Shown here piece after piece: positions 1-11,900 of a DNA stretch of 64,000 bases. Numbering within the stretch: the first letter of the stretch is position 1; every line of letters starts with the position of its first letter. Origin of the DNA: Octopus sinensis (lineage: Eukaryota); assembly GCF_006345805.1 (NCBI RefSeq), contig NC_043025.1, forward strand, positions 16,492,001 to 16,556,000, read 5' to 3'. The notes below the pieces were generated by a model, which did no database searches, was not told the origin of the DNA, and saw only the letters and a list, made by a program, of their open reading frames with translations. A program made the translations under genes and the position numbers.

Positions 1-411
1 CATGACTGGGTTCTCCTGCTTGCATAGCATGGTGCAGAGCCCTGTTGCCAGACATAGGGTCCAGCAGCCACCCTCTTGACTCAGAGCAGCACTACCTCCT
101 CCAGGCACTTGCTGTAGGCCTCCATGTTGAGTCTGAGGCTGTGTGGGAAGATGAATGGAGGCATAACATTGCCATCAATAGGGATCACTCCAAACTCCTT
201 TGCACTCACCATTAGACTCATCCAACTCTTTCAGAATCCTCTGCACTGTCCCCAGATTTGACACCCAAACACTCTGGAATGTTCATATTGGGGCTTCTGG
301 CGTGAATACCAAACAGTGCAGTATGTCGTTTCCAAGTTTCTGGCAGAGTGAATTGCATCATAGTGCTGTTTTCCTCACAGACGGTGCCCAACTGACCCTA
401 CTATACTGTGT
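1..411 (-). mobile_element. Tc1/mariner (DD37D/maT-like) transposase remnant, runs off the window
   Basis: Minus strand reads FGVIPIDGNVMPPFIFPHSLRLNMEAYSKCLEEVVLL*VKRVAAGPYVWQQGSAPCYASRRTQS: decayed QQDSAP motif and an in-frame stop. Confidence 0.75.
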
Positions 412-540
412 AGTCAACAAAACCAAAAACAAACAATGTGCATACTCAAAATTAAAAATATAAAATGGCACTAATTTACTCATTACTAATTTACTTGTAT
501 ACATATGTGTATATATTTGAAAGCCACTTCAGTCATGACA

Positions 541-836
541 CAGACCATAGGATTGCACCTAGAAGGTTACCCTCTCAGGCACAAGTCCGGGCAAGGTTGG
601 TTTATACCGGTCTCCCTTCTCCACACCACCAGTGTTATCCAAGGGAAAGGCAAAGGGGCCAATATAGCTTGGCACCTGTGACGTCACAACTCATTTCTAC
701 AGCTGAGTAAAATTGGAGCAATGTGAAATAAAGTGTCTTGCTCAAGTACACAATACACAGCCCAGTCCGGGAATCGAACTCACAACCTCACGATCATAAG
801 CTTGATGCTCTAACCACTGAGCCATGCGCCTTCATA
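541..836 (-). mobile_element. tRNA-headed SINE
   Basis: Minus-strand head GGCGCATGGCTCAGTGGTTAGAG (A box) ... GTTCGATTCC (B box), then the core ttgagcaagacactttatttcac. Similar partial copy near 1715-1847. Confidence 0.75.
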
Positions 837-844
837 TATGTATG

Positions 845-1118
<274 letters not shown>

Positions 1119-1193
1119 TAATTTACTCTGCTATGTATTGAGTACCTTATTTACTGTGGTTAACCCCGACTCAACCCGGGACCTACATATATA

Positions 1194-1224
<31 letters not shown>

Positions 1225-1268
1225 ATACAAGTAATGAGAGAGAGTCACTCTATGCTAAAAGTAGACCC

Positions 1269-1299
<31 letters not shown>

Positions 1300-2956
1300 A
1301 TATAAATTTGATAAGATTATATATGTATATATAGTTGTATTTTGGGATGGTAATTTATTTATTTTTTGCCAAATAAACACATGCATTATATATTCCTTCT
1401 TCACTTGTTTATATTTTAACTTATTTATATTTATATTTTAACTTCATATTTTAACTTATGTCCGTTGTTCGGAAATATTTCGTCACACATCTGTGACCTC
1501 TTCAGCGACCCTTTCCCTCCTCATGCGTGCTCCTGTTCTACTTAGTCCATTCTGTTCTTCGACAATGTGAATCCTTATATGCACATGTGTTTGCATCTGT
1601 ATTTGTATGTGTATATGTGTGTTTGTATGCATGTGTGCATGTGTGTATGTGGTTGTGGCTCTTAGTAGCACCACGACCCTCCCCTCATCCCCTTCCGCTC
1701 CCCTATTGCCCCTACTGCTGAGTGAACTGTAGCAACATGAAATAAAGTGTCTTGCTCAAGAACACAACACACAGCCCGGTCCAGGAATCGAACTCACAAC
1801 CTCACAACTGTGAACCTGATGCTCTAACCACTGAGCTTTGTGCCTTCACATTTTACTCTAAAACCTAAGTATTTTGAGTAACTAGCATTGCTCTGCCTAA
1901 GATCATCATCATCGTCATCATTGTCATCGTTTAACGTCTCCTTTCCATGCTGGCATGGGTTGGGTGGTTTGACTGAGGGCTGGAAAGCCATTAAGACTGC
2001 ACCAGGCTCCAATCTGATCTGGCAATGTTTCTACAGCTGGATGTCCTTCTTAATGCCAACCACTCCAAGGTGTAGTGGGTGTTTTTTACATGCCATTGGC
2101 ATGGGACCAGTCACGTGGAACTGGCATCGACAACGTTTGAATGGTGTTTTCTTACATGCCACTGGCATGGGTACCAGTCAGGCAGTACACAACAACGATT
2201 TCACTTGCCTCTACAGGTCTTTGCAAGCGCTGTTTATTGTCCAATGATTTAAGGGTCCCCTTCAATGGGCTGCTTATACAGCACTGGCATAACACACGGT
2301 TATGGTCTCACTTGTTTTGCCGGGTCTTCTCAAACACAGCATATCTCCAAAGGTGTCGGTCACGTGTCATCGCCTCAGTGAGGTCCAACATTCAAAGGTC
2401 GTGCTTCACCACCTCATCTCATAATACGAGATGAATCCTAATATACATTTGTGTGATGGAAGTCAACCGATGACTGAGTGAGTCCACTTGTTTGACTCAG
2501 TAAATTTGTGAAAGAAATTCCAAGACACCCAAAACCTTTCTGCCAATCAATCTGTTCTTGCAGAAACGATGACAAGTGACTGAGACGTTGGCTTTGGAAG
2601 ACTGGTCAAGCCAAGCGGAACCGTAGCCGTGACTGTTGCCAGTGTCATGTAAATGGCACTCATGATGCTGGCACACAAAGAGTACCCATTACACTCTCTG
2701 AGTGGTTGACATTAGAAAGGGCATCAAGCCATAGAAAACCATGGCAAATCGGACAGGAGTCTGGTGCAGCCTTCTTCGTAGTCATCCTTGGTCAAACCAT
2801 CCAACCATGGAAAGCATGGAAAGCAGATGTTAAATGACGAAGATGATGGAGGTGGTGGTGATGGTGATGATGATGATGGTAATGATCTTGAGGATGATGA
2901 TGATGATGATGATGGTGGAGGTGGTGATGATGATGATGAATAAGTCCTGGGGGGTT

Positions 2957-3330
2957 GATTTAATAATAATAATAATTGTGTACAGTGCTCAGGTGCACTA
3001 CAACTCATCTAAAGTGTATATATAATCAGGTGTAGTTTCGGCGGATTTCGGAAAGCATGAGGGCCTTAAAGGATGCAGTGTCATGGCAGTCAACAACTGA
3101 CGCAGGCAGTTTGTTCCATGCTTCAGCAACTCTGAGCGTGAAAAAATGTTTCCGAAAGTCATGGGAGCTGTATTGTTTTCTGACTTTGTAGGCATGTCCA
3201 CGTGTGTTAGACACATGGAGATCAAAAAGGTGTTCAGTGTTGTTGTTGGTGAGGTGGTTGACAACTTTGTGGGTGTTTACCAAGTCCGTCGCCAGACGCC
3301 GGAGCTTCAGTGAATCCATGCCCAGGGAAA
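2957..3330 (-). mobile_element. CR1-clade LINE 3' end
   Basis: LKLRRLATDL..K..TRGHAYKVRK..RKHFFTLRVAEAWNKLPASVV..FK is a typical CR1 ORF2 C-terminus; (ATT)n tail at about 2960-2977. Confidence 0.85.
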
Positions 3331-3485
3331 CAAGGCGCTCAGAATTTGTTCATCTAAGGGTGGTGCTCCAGCATGGCCGCAGTCAAATGATTGTCTTTTG
3401 TGAGAGGAGGGCAGAATAGAAGTTGAGACAAGCTGAAACCAATTGTGTTTCAGTTTTTTCTTTCTATAACACTTTACCTTGTGTG

Positions 3486-3752
3486 AAGGCAGGTGGCTTA
3501 GTGGTTAGGGCATTCGGCTCACGATCGTAAGGTCATGAGTTCAATTCCTAGTGATACACTGTGTCCTTGCTCCAGTCCACTCAGCTGGCAAAAATGAGTG
3601 GTACCTGTATTTCAAAGGGCCAGCCTTGTCACACTCTGTGTCACACCGAATCTCCATGAGAACTACATTAAGGGTACACGTGTCTGTGGAGTACTCAGCC
3701 ACTTGCACATTAATTTTCCGAGCAGGTTGTTCCATTGATCGGATCATGGAGT
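3486..3752 (+). mobile_element. tRNA-headed SINE (fuller copy at about 56178-56495, - strand)
   Basis: GGTGGCTTAGTGGTTAGG A box and GAGTTCAATTCC B box; core ccactcagctggcaaaaatgagt shared with the 56 kb copy. Confidence 0.75.
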
Positions 3753-4877
3753 GCTAGTTTTACCTTCTGCTAAAGTGAAGTTCTGATGTGAATTATGAGT
3801 CCTTCACTGCCAGGGGTTCATGTGTGCTATTTAACCCACAGTTGGGATCCTAACTGATACTGCTACTTCAGGTCAGAGTAGAGATGGGAACAACAGCGTG
3901 CAAGAGGTGGTTCCTTCCTCTTCAACACCCTGGAACTCCTCCCCATGAAACGTGCACAAAATACAAGAAGTGAAGAAGAGAAAAGAAAAAAAAAAAGGTC
4001 CCACTACAAAGAGGGAGTATTTGGGAAGAAGAGTTGGAAGTGGGTGGCTGTATTTTAGGGGCTGAAAGGCTAAAGTATGGCAGAGGGACAAGGAAATACA
4101 TAGCTGAAGGAGATAAGAGAAAGGTAGTGATGGGGTGCTACAGCAAACCCTGAAGGTGAGCAGAAAGGAGGGCATGGATTGTGAATTATGGGAGGAGATG
4201 AGAGAGAGGATCCTTTCATATGGGTGGGAAGTAAACAGGTGGAGGAGGTAGAGATTAATATTGTGAGTGATGGGTAAAGGTGGAGGAGCAGAGACTGGGA
4301 AATACCAGTCTGGAGAGAGGTGAGGTGGGAGATAAAGGAACTTCTATCATATAATGGACTCCTCAAAGGAAGAGTACAGATCTTGTTTATGGGTCCTCAA
4401 CTTGCGGTTGCTGGAATGTCTGCAGGAGGCAAGAAAGTTGAGTAGGGACTCATTTGTGTAATTGGTTTATCACCTTATTAAATTGTTTATAATTGTAATT
4501 GATTTTTTAGTCCATAAAGTGGAATAATTATGAAATTGTAAGAAGGTTCATACCTCATTCAGGGCCTTTTAAAAAAGAACAATGTTTTAGAGAAGCAAAA
4601 GTCGGCGGGCACTTTTCATTTTCTCCCATCCTTGTATCATTATCATTCATGTCATTAATGTCCGTATCCAGCCCGCAAGCTACCTTACTCTACGTACTGC
4701 CCTTATGGCAAATTTAATAAAATAAAGTAGCTTGCTTACCAGCCACATGGTTCCAGGTTCAGTCCCACTGCGTGGCACCTTGGGCAAGTGTCTTCTACTA
4801 TAGCCTTGGGCCGACCAAAGCCTTGTGAGTGGATTTGGTAGACGGAAACTGAAAGAAGCCCATCGTATATATGTATA

Positions 4878-7790
4878 TCATCATCGTCGTTTAACGTCCG
4901 TTCTCCATGCTAGCATGGGTTGGACGGTTCGACCGGGGTTCTGGGAAGCCAGAAGGCTGCACCAGGCTCCAGTCTAATTTGGCAATGTTTCTACAGCTGG
5001 ATGCCCTTCCTAACGCCAACCACTCCGTGAGTGTAGTGGGTGCTTTTTACGTGCCACCTGCACAGATGCCAGGCGGGGCTGCAACGGCCACGGTCAGATT
5101 GGTGTATTTTATGTGCCACCGCACGGAAGCCAGTCGAGGCGGTGCTGGCATCGGCCCAGTTGGATAGTGCTTTTTTTACGTACCACCGACCAGGGATCCT
5201 GGCTGGTTCAATTCGATTTCGATTTCGCTTGCCCCAACATGTCTTCACAAGCAAAGGGGGTTGGCAGGGGTGCCTGTCGTACGGTCGCATTGGAGTATTT
5301 TACGTGCCACGGCCACGAGTCGGATAGTGCTTTTTACGTACCACCAGACCAGGAATCCTGGCTGGTTCAATTCGATTTCGATTTCGCTTGCCCCAACATG
5401 TCTTCACAAGCAAAGGAGGTTGGCATGGGTGTCTGTCGTCGGATGAGGTTCTATATCGACTTCGCTTGCCTCAGCCGGTCTTTGTGTTCAAGGGAGGAAA
5501 GGCATTCATAAGTGGGCTGGGCTCACTTGTCCTGCCTGGTCTTCTCACGTACAGAATATTTCCAAAGGTCTCGGTCTCTGGTCATTTCCTCAGTGAGGCC
5601 TAAAGTTCGAAGGTCGTGCTTCACCACCTCGTCCCAGGTTTTCCTGGGTCTACCTCTCCCACGGGTTCCCTCAACTGCTAGGGATTGGCACTTTCTCACA
5701 CACCTATCTTCATCCATTCCTCGCCACATGACCATACCAGCGCAATCGTCTCTCTTGCACACCACAACTGATGCTTCTTAGGTACAACATTTCTCTCAAG
5801 GTGCTAACGCTCTGTCGAGTATGTACACACTGACATTACACATCCATCGGAGCATACTGGCTTCATTCCTCACGAGCTTACGCATGTCCTCAGCATCACG
5901 GCCCATGTTTCGCTGCCATGTAGCATGGCTGTTCGTACACACGCATCATACAGTCTGCCTTTTACTCTGAGCGAGAGGCCTTTAGTCACCAGCAAGGTAA
6001 GAGCTCCCTAAACTTTGCCCAGGCTATTCTTATTCTAGCAGTTACACTTTCAGCGCACCCACCCCCACTACTGACTTGGTCACCTAGATAACGGAAGCTA
6101 TCAACTACTTCTAGTTTTTCCCCCTGGAAAGTGACGGAAGTTGTTTTCCTGCAGATTTTCGGAGGTTAATGCTCCCGAGCATCTGCCACATACAAAAACT
6201 ATCTTCCCAGTTAGCCTACCTTTGACATTGCTGCACCTCTTATGGTGTCCATAGCTTACACTGGGTACATCTTATAGAGTTTCTACCTACACCTTTTCTA
6301 CAGATCGAGCAGGGCCATTTCCTGAAGATATTGTGGATTGTCTACCTTTCTACTTATTAGTACTTTGGTTTTAGCTAGGTTGACTCTAAGGCCCCCTGAT
6401 TCTAAACCCTCCTTCCACACCTGGAACTTCTCCTCCAGTTCTGATAGTGCTCAGCAATAAGAGCAAGGTCGTCAGCATAGAGGAGCTCCCAGGACAGCCC
6501 TGTCTTGAATTCCTCCGTAATTGCCTGGAGTACTATGATAAATAGGAGGGGGCTGAGTACTGAACCCTGGTGGACCCCAACCTCTACTTTGAATTCTTCT
6601 GTGTACATGTTGCCAACCCTAACCTTACTTACGGCATCTCTGTACATGGCTTGCACAGTCCTCACCAGCATTCATCTATCCTAGTTTCCTCCTCTCCTCA
6701 TTGACCACCAGATAAGGGATCGGGGGACCCTATCAAAAGCTTTCTCCATGTCAACGAAAGCCAGGTACAGGGGCTTATCTTTGGCTAGGTATTTCTCCTG
6801 CAGCTGCCTACCAGGAATATAGCATCAGTGGTACTTTTCCCTGGCACGAACCCAAACTGCATCTCATCTAAACTAACTCTCTCTCTAATTAGTTGGGCTA
6901 TGACCCTCTCCGTAACCTTCATTACTTGATCCAACAGCTTGATACCTCTGTAATTATTTGTGTCTAGGGCATCACCTTTACCTTTGTAGCAGTTGACTAG
7001 TATGCTGCTGCCCAGTCATTGGGTATGACTCCTTCGTGTATCACCTGGTTGACTATACGGGTGACTAGTTATAGCCGACACTGCCAGATATTTTGAGCAT
7101 CTCTGCAGTAATTCCTGATGGGCCTGGGGCTTTCCCTGTCTTCATGCTTCTCTATTGCCTTAGCTACCACGGAACTATCAACTCGGATAGCTGGTCCCTC
7201 TGTAGGGTCAACATTCGGCAGACTCTCTTTATCCATTCATTTTCTTCATCAGTAACCTTTCATAGTGGCGGTCTCCAAGCTTCTCTCTTTGCATCCTCCT
7301 CATTTAGCGCAAGTGAACCATCCTCCATGCGAACACATTTCTCTCCTACCACATCACGATTCTCTCTCACACACTGTCTTGCAACACGAAATACCTCAAG
7401 TCTTTCATCCTCACGGCGCAGGACATTGGCAAATTTTCTCTTATCTGCTTCCCCTCTGGCTAGATAGACCTGTCTCCTAGCTTCCCTTCTGGCAGTCTGA
7501 TACCCTTCCCTGCTACCACCGTTCTTCCAGGCCTTCCAAGCCTGTTCTTTTGTCTATAGCCCTGTCAACAATATTGTTCCACCACCACGTTATTTTGGGT
7601 CTTAAGGGACTTTGCAAACCAGCCACAGATCTGGCAGCGGCTTTCAGCAGCAGGTTGTCCCTCAGAAACGTCCAGTGTCTTCTACCCCAATGTGTAGCTA
7701 TACCCCCTTCCACTTCGTCAAAGGCTTCAAGTAACATATCTCTAAATCTCTGTCCATTCGCAGGGCTTTAAGCTTCCAGACCCTTCTTCT
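4878..7790 (-). mobile_element. 5'-truncated RTE LINE with disrupted RT, 3' UTR modules and (GAT)n tail
   Basis: Minus peptides VGVHQGSVLSPLLF, ELLYADDLALIA, GRGRPRKTWDEVVKHDL; contiguous with the 3' UTR and the catcatcatc tail at about 4878. Confidence 0.88.
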
Positions 7791-7848
7791 CCATGTTGGT
7801 CGTCTTCTAGTCGCCCTCTTAGTCCTGATCCTAAAGTCACTCTTAGTC

Positions 7849-7895
<47 letters not shown>

Positions 7896-8185
7896 TTGTA
7901 TGTCTGTGTTTGTCCCCCCCCCCCATCATCGCTTGACAACTGGTGCTGGTGTGTTTACGTTCCCGTCACTTAGCGGTTCGGCAAAGGAGACTGCTAGAAT
8001 AAGTACTGGCTTTCAAAGGATAAGTCCTGGGTCGATTTGCTCGACTAAAGGCGGTGCTCCAGCATGGCCGCAGTCAAATGACTGAAACAAGTAAAAAAGT
8101 AAAAGAGAACAGAAAGTAGCAGCTTGATATGTAATATGAGCAGTGGAGAGGGAGAGATAGGGATAGAAAAGGGGCCAGAGTAAGT

Positions 8186-8187
<2 letters not shown>

Positions 8188-8251
<64 letters not shown>

Positions 8252-8310
8252 TAGATAGATAGGTGGGTTGGTAGGTAGATAGATAGTTAGATAGATAGAT
8301 AAATAAATGG
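8188..8310. repeat. (GA)n then (GATA)n microsatellite
   Basis: Direct reading. Confidence 0.95.
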
Positions 8311-8820
8311 ATAGATAGATAGTGGACAGACAGACATATGGATATATGTGTACGTGTGTGTAGTGTGTGTACACACACACACACAGGGGAATGGTCATTC
8401 AAACAACAAAAAAATAGAACTCAAAATAAAAGTATATGTATAGTCCTTTATTAATATATATATCTATAACAATTCATATTCTTCATTTAAATATTCACTT
8501 TTTGGCCTTTTTTCCTCCCCCATGGTATTCGTAACTATGGCTAGACATATACAGCTGCATCTAATATAATCTATATAGCCACAACATTTTAGCATTAATT
8601 TCGTATTCGAGCACATGTCGAAATCTGTTCCTCTTCATAATTACACACACATCTCTACATACTTTATATATATGTATATATATATATTTCTATAGCATTC
8701 TGTAGCTGATAATAATAAAGACATCATGTCTATTTCTCCATTTAACTCGATTGTGGCTGCACCTCATCAACAGAACGGGAAATAGATCTTTATTTGATTA
8801 TAAATAGTTTTACTCACATC

Positions 8821-8962
8821 ATGAACCCAAAACACCGAATGAAGGACCAAAAACCCAGCAATAAGAGCAAGAAAGGGTCGTTGTCTGAGGACACGATGTC
8901 TTATTATAAAAGGGCTTACCAAAATTTCAAACAGGAAACCTGTCAGGATCCCGAAAACAAAA
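8821..8962 (+). CDS. NOP9: NOP9 exon 1 (coding part)
   Basis: ATG at 8821; [47 protein letters not shown]; donor GTGAG at 8963; phase 1 fits exon 2. Confidence 0.8.
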
Positions 8963-11900
8963 GTGAGGCCTTCATTCATTTCCTTCTTTTTTTCCTTTAT
9001 CTTCTTCTTCTTTTTCTTCTTCTTCTTCTTTTTTTCCTTTATCTTCTTCTTCTTCTTTTTTTCCTTTATCTTCTTCTTCTTTTTCTTCTTCTTCTTTTTT
9101 TCCTTTATCTTCTTCTTCTTCTTCTTCTTCTTCTTCTTTGCAGAATCGTTTGTAAAACCCCCAAAAGAACTGCAATCTGATAGAATCCTTATAAAACCGT
9201 CAACGGCATTTCTTCCGACTTAACATTCTGAGTTCAGTTTCCGTCGATGCTCACTTTACCGTTACTACTTAAGAAGAGTGGTCCCGGTGCGCGCACTCGC
9301 GTACTCGCTCATCCACGCTAGCTAGTCGTGACTAGTCGATCCTACAACGACTACCAAGCAAGTAAATAAAACACAAAGTAAATAATTTTTCGTAAACAAA
9401 GTAAATAAAACACAAAAGCACAAAGTAAGGATCGACTGGCGAGTGCGCGCACCGGGATCACTCTTCTTAAATAGTACCCACTTTGCCTTTCATCGTTTCT
9501 AGGTCGATAAAATAGGTCGCAGTCCAAGTGCTTCGGGGGTTCATAACCCGTGTGCCGCGCTGGCAGAGTCATTAGCACGCCGGACAAAATGCTTTGCAGG
9601 ATTTCTTCCGTCTTTAATGATCTAAGTTCAAATTCCGCCCAAGTCGACTTTGCCTTTTATCCTTTTGGATATAATGAGTACCAGTCATGCACTGGGGGAT
9701 TCGATGTGATCGACCAGCACCTCCCCTCTCCAAAATTCCAACGCTTGTAGAAAAGATTAATACAATTGTTATTGCGTACAAGCAAACATATTTTTTATAT
9801 CAAATATTCACAAACATCCAAAAAGTGGCGATCTTTCGGTTCAAGTAACTGCCAGTTACTGTTTGTTTACATTTGAAGAGGATCGTCACTTACCGAAAAG
9901 TTTTTTTCATATATGTGGGGGAAGGGTTTCGTTTTTCTTCAGGAATGTAAATAAACCCACGTGGGTTTATAACTGGCAGTTATGGTACTTGTACCGAAAG
10001 ATCGGTCCGTGAAAAGTTCTTATTTACTTTTGACTTGTCAATCGAAACGGGAGCGTAAGCAAATGGGTGTACTTGTTTATGAATTTGTATTTCACACAAG
10101 CACGATTACAAAAACAGGGTCGCATTTGAAACTTGAGAAAAATCTTGGGCATTCCTTCGCTATAACTCGACAGGATAGGGGCATTTCGCTTCGGGTATTT
10201 CCGTGGGTTGTGGAGTATAGACATAACGAAATTATGCCAGCAATGTCTCATTTTAAACTTGAAGAAAAACAAAGCCTTGCATATTTGTTCTTACCCGTTT
10301 CATGTGTCTGTGTAAAATCCGCAAATTTCCAAGCATGAAACAGAATCGAACCGACACTTGCTTCCACGGAAATACCCGAAGTGTTTTGATTTTGTCGAGT
10401 TATATCGAAAGAATGCCAAATCTTGCATATTTACTTTCAGTTAATATTTATTTGGCGCGGGAGTGGCTGTGTGGTAAGTAGCTTGCTAACCAACCACATG
10501 GTTCTGGGTTCAGTCCTACTACGTGGCATCTTGCTATAGTGTCTTCTGCTATAGCCCCGGGCCGACCAATGCCTTGTGAGTGGATTTGGTAGACGGAAAC
10601 TGAAAGAAGCCTGTCGTGTATATGTATATGTATGTGTGTTTGTTTGTGTGTCTGTGTTTGTCCCCCTAGCATTGCTTGACAACCGAAGCTGGTGTGTTTA
10701 TGTCCCCGTCACTTAGCGGTTCGGCAAAAGAGACCGATAGAATAAGTACTGGGCTTACAAAAAGAATAAGTCCCAGGGTCGAGTTGCTCGATTAAAGGCG
10801 GTGCTCCAGCATGGCCGCAGTCAAAACGACTGAAACAAGTAAAAGAGTAAAGTAAAAGTAAGTTAATCTGGTCACTGGACAAATTCGACTGGGGCAAAAT
10901 GAGTAGGCCATAGTATATTTGCCACTTCAGTTTTCCAGGAAAAAACACTCACACACATCAATATCCATCTTTTAGAAATGCAAAAACCAATTTAATATTT
11001 ACGTCAGATGACTGAGGCTGAAAATGACACATCATCATCATTGTCGTTTAACGTCTGCTTTCCTTCCTGGCATGGGTTGGGTGGTTTGACAGAGAATTGG
11101 GAAGCTGCACCAGGTTCCAATCAGATTTGGCAAAGCTGGATGCCCTTCCTAATGCCAATCCCTCTGAGAGCGCAGTGGGTGTTTTTACGTGCCACCGACA
11201 TGGGTGCCAGTCAGGCAGCTCTGGCAATGGTCACGCTTCAATGGTGCTTTTTATGTGCTAGTCAATGATATGAACTCAACTAAAAAAAACTACATAAAAT
11301 ATTCTCTAGTTTCTTCGTGACCTGCACCATGGAGCCTCAACAGAAGAAATTATTGAAATAAATCATTATTTCACCCCATTTTAGACATCATTTTTTGGAA
11401 ACTTGAAAGTTATCAAATTAGACATTAGTGTGGGGAAGAAAATTTATTTGGAATCCAACAGAGAAAAGATTATTTTGATTGTTAAACAGCAAAAATTATC
11501 CAGGTATTTTCTTAGCAGCCTTAATTACAATGAGGACAAAGTGGAGGGAACCTTTTTTGACAAAAGGGGGACCTGCCACCTGACTATTTTTACTCTTAGA
11601 AATGATGCTCTACTTGCAATGCAATAATTTCAAACAGGTGGGGAGATAATAATCAGAAATCAGAATTACTCATTTTGCCCCGGTTACTAATTCTGCCCTT
11701 CCCCACCATATGAAGTCCACTCTGTATGTAGGTGTGCAATATATTTATCAATAGGAGACCAAGGTATCCAAATGGAATTCAGATTTGCAGTTGTACTCCT
11801 AGTATGATAATTAGAAATCGATCAATGGAAATTGCAGATGTGTTACCAGTGCCGGTGGCATGTAAGAGAACCTTCCATTTCGCGACCGTTGCCAGCGCCG

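Noticed and set aside
3890-4450. Purine-rich block as coding sequence (similar blocks at about 47.0-47.35 and 48.4-48.7 kb)
   Set aside because: No sustained frame or recognisable motif; probably old retroelement debris that I could not classify
8580-8730. Divergent minus-strand gene sharing the NOP9 promoter
   Set aside because: Only a short low-complexity ORF, with no supporting exons in 1-8.5 kb
10454-10530. tRNA genes at SINE heads
   Set aside because: A and B boxes are present, but there is no complete cloverleaf and each continues into a SINE body
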